Positions 49,095-62,027 of a stretch of DNA of 64,000 bases are shown here, in pieces. Below the pieces are notes generated by a model that searched no databases, had not been told where the DNA came from, and saw only the letters and a list, made by a program, of their open reading frames with translations. Numbering within the stretch: position 1 is the first letter of the stretch; every line of letters begins with the position of its first letter. A program made the position numbers and the translations under genes. The stretch lies in NCBI GenBank assembly GCA_023213395.1, contig CM041465.1, forward strand, positions 235,979,741-236,043,740, written 5' to 3'. Source of the stretch: Cycas panzhihuaensis. Its lineage: Eukaryota; Plantae; Cycadophyta.

Positions 49095-51300
49095 TGGTTT
49101 CTTCTTTTTTTTTTTTTTTTTATTGGAGGGATTGATGCAATTCAAGTGTGTAATGAAAAAATACAACAAAAGAAAATAAAACAAACCTTTTCTTAGTCCT
49201 TTTTTTTTTGTTTTTTTTGTTTTCACTTTTTCTAGGGGGGGAGAATAGAGGTGGGGAAAGTGCAAGAAAGAAAAAAAGGAGAAATAGAATAATCTCTCTC
49301 TCTCTCTCTCTCTCTTCTCCTTTCTTTCTTCCTACTTTCTCTCTCTTTCATTTTTTTTCTTTTTTTGATTTTTTGTTTAGGAAAAGGAGGATGAAAAGAA
49401 ATAAGGGGGAATAAGAAAACACATGGAAATAAGCAAACTATCCTTTCTCTTCTTCACTACCCCTTTTCATTCACCAATCTTTCTTTTCTTTCTTTTTCTT
49501 TTTCTTTTTTTTTTTTTGTATTTTTATTTTTTAGAAAACGTAAATGATGCAAGAAAGAGAAATAGGTGGAAGTATGTACCTAGACTTCAAACATTTGGAG
49601 AAGTGTGACCTCCTTGCTTATGAATCTGCAAAGATCATTGTGATGTGTAGATCAAATGAGATAATACTTACTTGCCTATAAGAAAAATTCGGTAGCGTTT
49701 TCGCTTTTTGAACCTTTTCTATGATGAAAAAAAGAGAATGCAAAGTCATCAAATTTAAAAGAAATTATAATAAAGTGAGATTGTAATGCACCTTCCTAAT
49801 ATATAGTTGATGTTGGTGGCAATTGCAGCTCCTTTCAAGCAAGCATGCTAGGTTAAGGGCCTTGAAAGTTATGTTTTCCTTCCCTTGCATACTTGTTAGG
49901 GGGAAATTAAAGAAAGATAGTTATGAAATGATAACCAAAATTTAAACCTTACATCCAATTCATAAAATGAGATTCAAAAAACTTTGTTGATAAAGGATTT
50001 TAAATCCATAGACTAAAGTGAATTCAATATGATAGGTAGAGGAGTGCCTTGGGATGGAAAAGGTCCCCTAAATATAGATGATTTCCCAAAGCGTATTAAG
50101 GAAACCTCCCAAGAAATCTTATATCTTATTAGAATAAGTCAATCAACAATAAGAATGAAGGAAAAAATGGGACACAATATGATCAAACAAAAGGAAGATG
50201 GACTTTCAAGCGATCTCAAGCACATAACCATCAAAAACATACATATAGCATAGAGTAGATGAAACAAAGTAGAGGAAAATCACACCTAAACAAAGGGAGG
50301 AGGGATATACCTTTACCTTAGAAGAAAGGAAGCCAATGGCTTCTACAACTTGCTTCTTCAAGGGATCCTTAATAGTTTGTTAAGGCTTTCTTATGCTCTC
50401 ATAATGTGTAACTTAATGCTAACTCCCAAATTCCTTGTATATTATAAAAATCTAGTAGCATAATGATGCATTTCTCTAGGTCTCAAAGATCCCTCCTTCC
50501 CTTTAGAAAATAAGGTGATTTATAGATGAAATAGAAGTGAGGGTTAGTGGTTTTCTACCCATAATATGGAGTAAACCACCAACCAAAATCCATTAACAAT
50601 GGTCATGCTTTTGGATATTTAGGAGGGGAAAATATAAGAAAACCAAAGATTGGAGGTATATTTGGCCTCCTAGAGTGGATGCACTCTAACTTGGGATGGC
50701 CATAAGGCATCAGGTCCATTAGATACACATTTAATATGTAACTATAACTATTAAAACTCAAATCTGGGTTAGTGATAGCTATACTGCAAATATATTTATG
50801 GTACCATAGATAAATTTCTAGTATCACTAATATAAGTAAAACATTATACAATATGATAGTAGAGTTGGTTTTGTCTAAGAAAAATACTTATTTAACTAAA
50901 TAAACTAATCAATATAGATCTAAAAGGCCTCTATCAATCAAAATGAGTAGCATAAAACTAAAATTAAGGCCAATAATCGATAGATGAGGTGATAATCAAA
51001 AGGGAATGAGTTATAGGAAGTAAGAGAGGTGCCCTTTTCCATTCAGGAAAACCAATGGGCGATGCAAGAGCCACGGATTTACATTTTGATCATCACTGAC
51101 ATGTAATACTCGATATGAAACAGTCACCAAATAGGCACACAAGCATATATCTATCAAATATATCTAAATAGAAGTAAGTCAAAATAAAATAGCAAAGAAG
51201 ATAGAAATATGCCTGCATTTACCTTACTTAGTGGAATGCTCAAATCTAATTCTAGAAAGCCAAGAAACACTACCCTCCTGGGAACAAAACATCTTTAATC
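49095..51300 (-). repeat. Degenerate LTR-like sequence, probably continuing at 41055-41515 across the copia insertion
   Basis: Non-coding, with weak similarity to ~16300 (ggagaagtgtg block). It lies directly beyond the 3'-region hairpins at 51394-52115. Possible CA end near 41055. Confidence 0.3.
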
Positions 51301-52161
51301 TAAGGCTAGAAGATGATGAATGCTGCCAACACAGATGATATAAGATACAAAAGTGAAACATAAGTCATGTGTGCATGGATCATGTGGTGTGATGGCTACC
51401 ATAGTGCTACCTTATTAGTAGTAAGTCAAAGGGGGATGTCCTTGGTTTAGCCCCTTAAGGAACTTATGGTAAAAGTGCATAAGTTAGGTGGGATGATGAA
51501 TCAATGATCATATTAATCCATGAGGCTAATGTCCATATAAACTTAGTGTGTATGAGTGGAAGGTGTTAAACGATGGGGGATTACCTCCAAGGTAAGATAA
51601 ATCAGGTAGCATGGCCCAAAATAGGGGCTTAGAAGCCCATAGCCCCTTGAATACATGAAGTAGTTCCTTAAATACTCAAGGGAGAAAAGGATTCAATGAG
51701 TTAGAGTGATTGGTCACCATAATTTTACCTCATTAGTGATCACCTATTAGAGGAATTTCTTTTAGGTTTTTAACATTTTATTATTATTTTTTATATTTGT
51801 TGTGTGTGTGTGTGTGTATAGAGAGAGAGAGAGTAGAGAGGATTTTTGAGCATTTTGTATTTTTACTTTTTGTTGTTTTGATTGTTTTATGGTTTTCTTA
51901 GATTTTGTACCTAGAGGTTTACATAAAAAAAGGGACATATGATTAATCAAATCTAATATGTACAAATGTACAAGTTAGTTTACCCTTGTTTTGGAGCATA
52001 GTAGTGGTTTAGGCTTTCACTAGAGTGTATGAGGAGCTTTAACAACATGGATTAGCTTTGAAGCAGGGCTATATAAATCTAAGGTTGCCACCATAATTTT
52101 ACCTCATCAGTGGGTGCCCCTCAGAGGTGAGGCCAAGGAGGATACCCCCTAGGAATAAGGC

Positions 52162-52938
52162 TCAATGGGTGGCTCGTTGGGTCAAAGAAGAATCATCTAC
52201 CAATGAAACATGACACTCAAGAATGAAGTTCACCAACATGTCTGCTTCAATATTAAGTCCACAAGGAATATGGAAAATATCAATTGAGTAAAATTGATCT
52301 CGAAGAGATCTAGTAGTCATGGCTAAAGTTCTCAATCATGGGTAAAGGATATGAAAAACTTGGGTGAGTTGGGACATGACTATCTGGGATTCATAACATA
52401 AAATGATGGGGCCATGGTAGAAGTCAAATGCATTTGTGAGAGCCTCTATGATGACAGTGTACTCAAATTTATTATTATTGGCCTTAGGTAGGTAGATCCT
52501 AGATCAAACGAAGGTATATCCAAGATCATTTTGAATGACCCAAGCTATCATAGAAGGCCCCACATTCCAATAACTACTCCCATAAGTGTGGATAATCAAT
52601 GCTATGGGGAAATATAATGATAGCTTAGGATGTAATCACTAAATAGTAGAGAAATGGTGGGAATTAATAAAGAATAAGAGGTGCTCATGTGTGTTTATAA
52701 ATCTTACTAAAATAATAGAAATCCTTAGCCTTTGGGAGTGACATAAAGCTAGAATCACAAAACTCCTTAAAGATTCATATAGAACATAAGTCATATTAAG
52801 TGGATTTTGATTATGATTGAGACCATAATGGGTCCAAATAATTAGATCTAAAGTTCCAAAATAGCCGATGCAATCTAGACATAAACTACACATTGTAGGT
52901 GGGGACAAGGTCATCATGCAACCTGCCCCAGGTACCAA
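52162..52938 (-). pseudogene. Stand-alone aRH ORF remnant, copy 2
   Basis: LIIHTYGSSYWNVGPSMIAWVI...KANNNKFEYTVIIEALTNAF...IILCYESQIVMSQLTQVF...FHIPCGLNIEADML; in frame with ORF 52639-52938. Confidence 0.8.
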
Positions 52939-53062
52939 GAAGGTGGTGGTAGATATCCCTCCTTAAAAGCATATCTTAAGAGATTTTTCTTTTTACACCC
53001 TCTTCAGGCTCTTTTCTTTCCTCTTCCATTTCTTTTTTTGTTTTTAATAGCTTTAAGGAAGG

Positions 53063-53088
53063 ATATATATATATATATATATATATAT
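53063..53088. repeat. (AT)13 microsatellite; others are (TG)8-(GA)6 at 51801-51833 and (TA)10-G11 at 61359-61389
   Basis: Directly visible simple repeats. Confidence 0.9.
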
Positions 53089-54240
53089 AAGTTCCCAAGT
53101 GGTATGAGGCAGTCAAATCGAGAAGAATCTAAGAGATTTGTCACAACAACAAAACTTTAATAGAACTGACACCAAATCATGGATACCTAATTACAAAGTT
53201 GAACTGCAAAATATGAAGGGTAAGTCATGTGACGATTGAGTGTCAATAATGGGGTATGCATGGAGTGGGTTCCTCTAGCCAGTGACCATAAAGAACTAAA
53301 GCATCTACTAGGAATAGGGTCAAATAGAAATCAACAAAGTTTCTCTTATTTAGAACCAAAAGTATAACTAATCGATATTCAAGCAAAGCCAAGATGGAAG
53401 GATGATACACTGATGAGTGGAAACATCACTTAACATAACTAAAGAATGAGCTAAATGAAAGAAAAAAGTTAAAGGTGGCTAAAAACTCAATGATGGGAGT
53501 AGAGGGGTAGCATGAAAAGACCAACGGTCGATAATGTGGTTAAAAAAGGCCAAAAGGCTACATGAAAGCTAAGCTACAGGCAAGAATCAAGCATAGGAAA
53601 TAACTGGTAACAATGGTAAAAATAGTAAGAAATGAGGGGCCAAATGGTGTCTAACTCACAAAAGGCCTACGTAGGTACTAAATTGGTAATCGTGATGGAA
53701 AATCAATCCCGTGGACTATAAACACTAATAGGGTATGAGGTAGGTCACTTAGGGGTAAAAAGGCTCACCTATGAGTGAAAAAAGGGCCACAAATATCAAG
53801 CACAAAGTGGCAAGAAAAGGGAGTGGAATCGTGCCTCTAGGGGGTCACTAAGGATGGAGTATCTTAGATAAATGCTAAAGGTAAACAAGGGTCTAGAGAT
53901 CTTTGGAAGGAAAGATTACCCTCAAAGGGCATTCGCATGTCAAAACATAGGTTCAGGGACCCACAGATAGTGCATTGTCCTTCTTTCCTTTTTGGAGCAC
54001 CTCTTTCGATTTGGGTTAGGCAATAAGGCATCTCTAGCTAACTAAATAACCAAGTAGAACTATCCTATCCTTAGAGGGAGAGAAGAGGAGCTAAACTCCC
54101 TTTTAGAAAAGGATGTAAGTAGGGAAGGATCAAGTGAAGTGGTGGAATCAAGAGATGGCTTTGAATGGCCTTCTCAGGATCAAGAAGTTTGTTCAAAAGA
54201 GGGTGAGGTTTTGGGTTTTAAAACCTCAAGAATGAGACAA

Positions 54241-57200
54241 TGTTGCCACCATCCAATGACAACAAGGATGCAAACTCCTCCTTGGTGATAAGGAGAGTGA
54301 GATGGTGCTAATTTATAGCCAAAGGATGGGTGGAAGAAAGTTGTGAATATACCTTAGTAAATAGGTTATGAAGTCTTCTTGGGTTATTGAGAAGAATGAA
54401 ACAATCTTCAAGTTTGAGAACTCTTATAGTATTAAGGTGTGGTTTGTTGCATTTGAGAATCCAAAGCACTATTTCAAATTTATGCAAGGTGGATGTTGCT
54501 AAAGGAATGAAATGTGCAACAAACCAAAATAATCAAACAAGCATATGAAACAACTGTGCAACTTTTCCTTACTAATTTCCCCTAGCTTTCTTCCACCTTT
54601 AAATGGATATAATGAGCACTAAAGGTTATGGAGGAGGAAAGGAAGAGATAGAATGTAAGGTGTTTCCTTGCATGGGTATGCCTCCTCTTTAGGAAGAGGA
54701 GGATCAAATTCTTTAGAAAAGGAAGAATCCAATAGATGTTTCCTAAAGATGCATGTAAGATGATATGCTCTTTTGTTTCCCTCCCATTTATGACATGTAG
54801 TGAAAGAAAAAAAACCCTTCCAAGAGAATCTTTTCAACTCTTTCTTTTCTATTTTCTTTTTGAATTAAAAAAAGATAAGATGGGGGACAAAGAGAGAAAC
54901 AAGTGTGCACCAGATTATGAAGTTAATGCTATGTTTTATTGCACACCTTTGATAACACTCTTTGTAATACATCACTATGAGGTGCCACCGCTTTTGATGT
55001 TGTCGCTTGTTGCAAAATTTGTTGGAGTTAGAGGGAGGTGCTTCCTTACCTTCCCCTATCCTCTAAATAAGGCTTATTTACCATCCCTTTATAAGAAACA
55101 ATGCAAGAACAAAAATAGAAACAAAGTGGAAATAAAGCTAGAAAGAAATGAAATGTTACCTTTTTTTAGTTTGTTGCTTTAATCACAAAATGGTCTCCAA
55201 CCTATAGCACAAAAAAGAGAAACTCTTCCCACAAGTAATATATGTATGTATATGTGTATTCTTAATAAACAATGTTAGTATGTTAAGCTATGAGCAAAAA
55301 GGAGAACAACCACGCTATTGTAAGTCTCTTATTTAATGATCTTTTGGTGCGTGAGTGTGCAACAATCATAACATATGCAAAAGAGAATAGAATGGGTGTT
55401 GCCTTGGAATGACAAACTCCTCTAAACAATGATGGATCCCTATAAGCTACAAATAGATTATTTGGCTAGGGTTTGCAAGTAAGTACAAGGTTGACATGTA
55501 TATGTGTAGGCCCCACAACAAGCCAAAATCCTGAAACTAGTAGTAGAGTGTAAGGAAATATGCCTCAAAGCATAGGGGAGGGTATTACCCAAATGAGAGG
55601 TGGCTTTAGGAGTCAGAACTCTAGCCTATGGACCTCTCCACCAGCCCCCTTGGCTCAGTTTGGCATCCATATCTATAAAAGCTAGTGGACTTAGAGTGTG
55701 TGGGATGAAGAGTATAGTGAAAAGGAGGTATTACCTCCTTGCATTAGATGGAATATGGCCCAAAATCAATACAAAATCACTCTAAGCATATATCTAGAGT
55801 TTTATGGCTAAAACTAGCAAGGCATAAATCATAAAAGATGAGATTATTATGAAGGAAAATTAGAAAAAACTAGATTTACCATACCAAATTGATGGATCTA
55901 GGTGGGGAGAATTATTGGAGGAGAAGAAACCTCTATTTTGTGAAGAAAAGAAGGAGATCCTTTACCATTTTCTTGATTGGAAGGGCCTCCTTACTTGGCT
56001 TGGCTTTCTCTTAGACTATCCTCTCCTTTCTTCTGGAAGAAAACTTACAATTTCTATGTATAGGAGGAGTAGGAAGAAGATGGAGAAGAGAAGAGAAGAT
56101 AGTCTTTTAGAGAAGTTCTATTTTCTATCTAAAGAGAGATGAAGAACGATGAATGACCCCCCAAAAATCCATTCAAAATTAGGTTTTATTCATTTAGGGG
56201 AGGCCTCAGGGCCATTAGGGCTCAACCTTGGGGAGGCCTAAGGTGGGGTAGTATGCCATCCAACTACAAAATCTAGAACTAGCTATTTTTGGCTATGGCA
56301 AACCAAGTAATAGTCACACTATGAACTTCTTGTGGCACTACTAATATATTAGTGACACTGCTAAAATATTGGTGGTATGAAATAATCAGATTGGGGCAGA
56401 TAGAAATGGATGTGGGGTGGAAACATAAACACATAATCAAATATAAAATAAATAAAATGGTGAAAAATTAGGGGGGGAGGATTCCTATTAGAGGCATAGG
56501 GCTCCTCCCTGTAGGTCTATACATTGACCTAAAACTACCGTACATGTTGACAACTCACGAAAGCACATGGCAAAGTCACCCAATAAGGTTAGAACCTCAT
56601 GAAAATGGCAACAATTGAGGTGCCAAAGTGTAGAGGGGGGCTAGGCAGGGGGTCATAATAAGGTACATAGAGGAATCTCATAGAGATCAAGCAATGTGGG
56701 GGAAATACCTACCCACTAAAACTCTTAATAAGCCACTCTAGATAAATCGAGGGATAGATGAGGTAGAGAGAAGAAAGGAGAGATGCAATGAAGTAAGTTG
56801 AGGTGTATATAAGTCAGGATACAAAGACTCATGAGTACTTACAACTAGGAGGGAGATCACGTAGGAGTTATGGTGTCATTGGACCAAAGTCTTGGTCATC
56901 ATAGGTAGGGTATCATACACAAGTAAGCTGACTATATAAACTAAACAAATACTCAAGCAATCATACAAACATCACATACCATAATGCTATAAAATATAAC
57001 TGGGTGTTAGAGATAGAATTTATACTTTATACTACCTATGTAGTGGCATCCTGATCTATTCTTATTAGCTAGGAAACACTGCCACCTTGGTACCAGAACC
57101 TCATTGCTTAGAAGCATCAGACAATGGTGAATGTTGTCAACACAATCTCATCAATAATAATGTATATAAGGCTCATGTGTCAGTAACCAAGGTGAGTGGC

Positions 57201-57455
57201 ATATGTCATGATAGATCACATGGGTAGGAGATGTATGTTTAGGTGAGGAAGTAGAGACATGACTCAGTCAAACCTTAGGGTGTAGAGCCCTAGATCTGAA
57301 ACACACATAAGGTGATGGAGAGGTGACCTGGGGGTTGCCCATGGTGACACCTAGGTGGGTTGCATAACCCTGAAGTAGAATGGGACTATAATCCCTATAA
57401 GTAATAAATGAGGATTAGAAGAAGGAAGGGGAGGGGGGATGCCCATCACCTTTAC
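54241..57455 (-). repeat. Long LTR of the Tat-like family (upper boundary approximate)
   Basis: Ends ...GGTGGCAACA at 54241 on minus; 16-mer at 55040-55055; 57030-57110 matches 1760-1850 and 18400-18470. Confidence 0.55.
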
Positions 57456-57694
57456 ATGAAAGACAAACATAATATCAATGTAATCTAGAAGTAATATAAA
57501 TAGCATCTAGAAAGCTATAAATATAGTAAAAAAATGTGTAAAAGCTATACCACATATGGTACAAATGGCAAGTAGAGAAATAAACCTATGGTCAGCATAT
57601 TTTAGCCTTATTAGTGGCCTATTTTCAGAGATATGAGAGTGATCATAATAAGGAATGGACGATAATCCAAAAGCCTATGTAAGGAGCCAACCTA

Positions 57695-58519
57695 TTAGGT
57701 TGCCCTGGAAGGGTTGTCTAGAAAAGGGAGACAATGCTTGAGGATGAGGCAAACTAAGTTATCAACTTTGACATTTTGATCATAAGGGATATGCCAAATT
57801 TGCACCACAAAAAAAGAGGACAAAAGTAACCTGGCGGTCAAAGTAAGGGACCTCAATTGGGGACAAAGGACTCAATAGACCTAAGTTAGCTATGACACCA
57901 TGATTTAAGAGTCACAAAATAGAATAATAGGGCCACAGTGGAAGTGAGGTGCATAAGTGGGATCCTCTATAATGGTAGTGTACTCTACTTCATTGTTCAT
58001 GGCCTTGAATAGGTATATCCTAGAATGCATGAGGTCATGCCCAAAAGGATCATAAATGATCCAAGTGGTTGCAGAGGGTCTTGGGTTGCAGCAACTGCCT
58101 CTATCAGTGTAGACGAGGAGAGCAATGTCATAGGAGGAGAGATGGAACTTGAAAAAGGAGTATATAGGGAGTGTGTAACTTTAAAGAAAGATGGAGAGGC
58201 AAATCTTAACTACTCACGACAACTCAAATGGGGGTCCATAAGAGGATAGAAGAGCCCTACTAGTAGGTTATTAGGCTAGAGCAGGGCTTGCCTTATGGAA
58301 GGAGGAGAGTCATCGAGGAATTAAGCCAACTTGAAGGCCGTAGCATTGGTACAGGACCAACAAGGATGCTAAATCAAGAGGGGCTCTCGTTATGACTCCC
58401 AACGAGCTAAAATGATCGCAAAAACAGATTCGGTGCATCAAAATGAGCCTATGGAGTATAAACACTAGTACTATTTTGGGCATCCCAAAAAAGGGAAAAA
58501 AAGTGGTGGGGGGGCTCAC
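57695..58519 (-). pseudogene. Stand-alone aRH ORF remnant, copy 3
   Basis: LLVYTDRGSCCNPRPSATTWII...AMNNEVEYTTIIE...IILFCDS*IMVS...WHIPYDQNVKVDNLVCLIL; same frame as ORF 58310-58519. Confidence 0.85.
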
Positions 58520-59334
58520 ATGGGAGCAAAAATGGCATCATAAATGTGTAAAATTTCTAGGAGAAGGAACATTTAGGAGAGGAACTAGGCTTAGGCCCTG
58601 AAGGAAGCAAAGATTAGCTAGGGGAGATGATCTTGGTGGCTTTTTTATGATAGAGAAAGGGTACAATGCCCCAGGGGGAACTAGAAATAAAAGGAGCGCA
58701 AGGGGTGAAAATTAATTCATTTTCACATGACCTCATGTGACTAGGAGCTCTACCCCCCACTACCCAACTATACCACCTTATCATAAGCTTAATAGAGGAG
58801 ATCTAGCCATCAGAGCATTACATGGAAAGAGACACTGAGTCTAGGAGCAAGAGATGGTGATAGCTAGGCTAGATCTGGTATGCCAATCTAGACCTTAGCC
58901 TTTTAAATTTAATTTTTATCATAAATGCTTTTAAAGGTATTTTTAGGATTTTAGTAAATAAATTGGGCCTTTTAAGACCCATTTGAGGACTTAGGAGGGG
59001 CTGGACCAGGGCATTAGGAAACCTTGGTACTAGTGGACTACTTATAGTATACAAAAAAAAAATTATTTATTTATTTATTAATTTTGGATTTTTGGCAGGG
59101 AAGGCTATGGGACCATAAATTTATTCACAGTGCCACAATCTTCCTTATGGGATAAAGGAGGCCTGTGTGACCCACTAAGATATTGACATTATCATAAATA
59201 TATTAGTGGTGTTAGGGCTGATGGGTAGGAAAAAGAAAATGTTGAGACTAATGTTTGATTTTTGGGTAGTTTTCTCTCATTTTGGATGATTTGAGAGGGA
59301 CCCTAACTTGCAAAGAGGAGAATAGGTAATAGGT

Positions 59335-61330
59335 GATATGTATTGTTTCTTTTGCAGCCCATTATCACTATTGATAATTGTGAGAACATAGGCAAGGTCA
59401 TTATTAGTTTTATCGACTTGTTGGAGAGGTAGGAGTGGACCATTCTATGATGGTGTAGGCTAAAAAAGATCATCTACATGCCCCAGTATGCCTCAAGTCA
59501 CGCTTTGCTGGTAGATATTATTTCACATTAGGATTGCAGGTGCCATGTATTCCACCTCCCTTAGGTGGGGGATGTCATTGTGACTCCTGTAGATGTGAGG
59601 AGGATATTAGGTATACTGAATAAGGGTACACCAATAGTACTAGGGACCCTTCTTAGTATGGATGCTACCCATCAAGAGGCAGCTAGATTTTTATAGGTCA
59701 AGCTCATTGGGATCGGAGGGGTATACCCTTGAGGATGATTGTCATGTCTAGGATTTCTCATGTAAGGAAGGTGATAGTCTTTTCCATTCTATTCTAGATC
59801 TCCTGGAAATAAAACTATAGGGATATCCCTAAAGGATAGATAGTAACAACATAGAGATGCAAGCAAGGAGAGAAAGTTGACTGGGCCACTTTGATAGTGG
59901 CCAATCCTTACCATCCATCTTAATCATATTCAGAGAGTCAAATGAGGAGGATTATCATTCTATACCATCCTATAGTGCTAGTTCTTCAACTACTTCCACC
60001 TAGTGGCTCTAGTGGTGGGTCCCTAACCTATATCAACTTGTGCCCCAATGGTACACGGTTGGCAAACTTGATTCAGGAGCATAGGGGAGCCATCACATGT
60101 GAGGCAGTCAATGGCAATAACATCCCTAGACCTCCTCACAATGGGTGGCTAAATCAATTATCCATACTATGTTGTCCACTAGGGGAGTGACGAGGAGGGA
60201 GGAGAGGTAGCTAATGCTCTTGGAGAGGAGTCAGGAGGAAAGCAGGAGGGTGAGGGAGCTACTAGTAATGACCCAAATGCAATGGAAATGATAGTCATAG
60301 CAGTAGAAGTAGCTCTAGCTATAGGCAGAGGAGAGGTCCTCAGAGTAGAGAAGGCAGAGGGAGGTGATGTGCCAGGTGCTCTAGGAAGGGAGGAGAAGCT
60401 AGGCAAGGAGGAGATACTAGTTGCAACTATAGATGTAGCAGGTGAGGAGGTGCTAGACATCCTAGGAGGTGAGACTTCCTGATTCTCTTCTAACTTTAGC
60501 TTTTGATTTGGTTGTTCAATACTTATATAGTTCATTTGAAATGCTTTAGTTTTGATGGATTGTTAGATATACTCCTACTAATATCTTGATATGTGGATGG
60601 TAGGTGGAGATGACATGGGAGAGTTGATCAGATAGGTAGTTACTGAGCTCTTCCCTTGGGTATACAAGGAGGGACATCCTCTTATCATAGCTTGTGAGGA
60701 TCCAACATTAGTAGCGAGGCATAGGGCAACTTTTGCTCTACTTGTATGGGTACGAGATACGTGGGTTGTATAAGCCTATCAACTATGAGGCAAGAGGGAC
60801 TAGCTCCAAGGTAAGAGGGAGTAACTACGAGCTAGGGCACTGGTACTAGAGGCCCAGGGGGGGAGCTAGGGATGTCAATGGTAATATGAAGGTTGTTATA
60901 TTAACAAGAGGTTCTGTAGGATGCAAAGGGAGCAGAACTGACTACTAGATGAGAGGGAATAATTAGTGGGTGATAAGGATTGGCCCTAGGAGAGGTTTAA
61001 TCACCTAGCCAATTAGATGGCTACCCGATCCTCATGTAATAAGACCTACACAATGATATCATTATAGAGGAGGCCTAGAGATGAGGAGAGCAAGGCTAGG
61101 ACCTCATAGTAGAGAAGGAGGAGGAGCCTGGGAGGTATGTGGTCTCCAGGCAAGGGAGCAGGGGGTATAGGAGAGGATACCCCATGAGGGTATGGTAGTC
61201 CCACCCACCTATTATATCATAGACTTTGATAGAGGAAAGCTTTAGACCTCCAGGGGATCCCTTATCACACACGGATGCATGATTGTACATGTCCCCTATA
61301 AGGATCCTAGCTTCCTCAGGCATACGGTTC
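59335..61330 (+). pseudogene. PMD gene remnant, antisense to the pol at 62028-64000, with intron 60469-60603
   Basis: HALLVDIISH*DCRCHVFHLP*VGDVIVTPVDVRRILGILNKGTPIV (~59500-59640); EKVDWATLIVAN; acidic linker; GAG|GTGAGA ... GATGGTAG|G; coiled-coil exon 2. Confidence 0.75.
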
Positions 61331-62027
61331 CAACACTTGTATCATTATTCATTTTATGTATATATATATATATATATAGGGGGGGGGGGCACATTAGTAT
61401 CCTATTTTGACATATGGATTATTTTATTGATTATGGATATAAAAATCATAGTATAGGTTGATTTATATTTGTTGTATTATATATAGAGGTGCTTGTAGAT
61501 GGGATGATTTCTTTGATGCATCATGCACTCACACCAAGCATACGCATTCACCTTATATGGTAGGTGACCTCATATGAGACTAGGGTGAGGGGATCGTGCA
61601 TGTCCCTAAAATGAGACATGGGGACCCTAATAAGAAAGTAATAAAATGGGTATAGATACCCCAAGGAATAATAAAAGAGAGAGATATGGATTATCCCCAA
61701 GGGCTTTCCCAAGTAGCAACTTGTGCTTGGAAGCAAGAGTAAGTTGCATCCTTAGATGGAACCCTAATCACAGGTGTGGCAGCAAAAGATAATGAGTGGA
61801 TAGGTGCTGATATATAATAAAAGATAGGGTGCTTTATGACTGAAGGGAGGGGATAAGTAGCTCCTTTGAAAAGGGGAGTAACTTCTTCATCAATACACAA
61901 AGAAGCCCAAGATCTAAAACACACATCGTGCCTCTAGTGTGAAAGCATAGAAAAGCATATAGGGAGGTAGTATAGGCTTATTTTAGAGAGAAAGTAGGGC
62001 ATCCATTCTACTCGAGTGTAGAAGGGA

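Noticed and set aside
49095-49101. Second PBS (TGGTTTC) after the copia 3' LTR, implying a tandem copy
   Set aside because: The match is short and imperfect, lacks the 2-nt spacer seen at the real PBS, and is not followed by copia internal sequence.
52085-52115. Hammerhead ribozyme / retrozyme (CTGATGAG on minus)
   Set aside because: There is no GAAAC box or stem II, and the other copies read (C/T)TAATGAG or TAATAAG within a simple hairpin loop. A decayed ribozyme is not fully excluded but is unsupported.
59335-61330. Host MAIN/MAIL-like gene
   Set aside because: It has many stops, occurs in multiple diverged copies within 64 kb, and is embedded in retroelement 3' regions.
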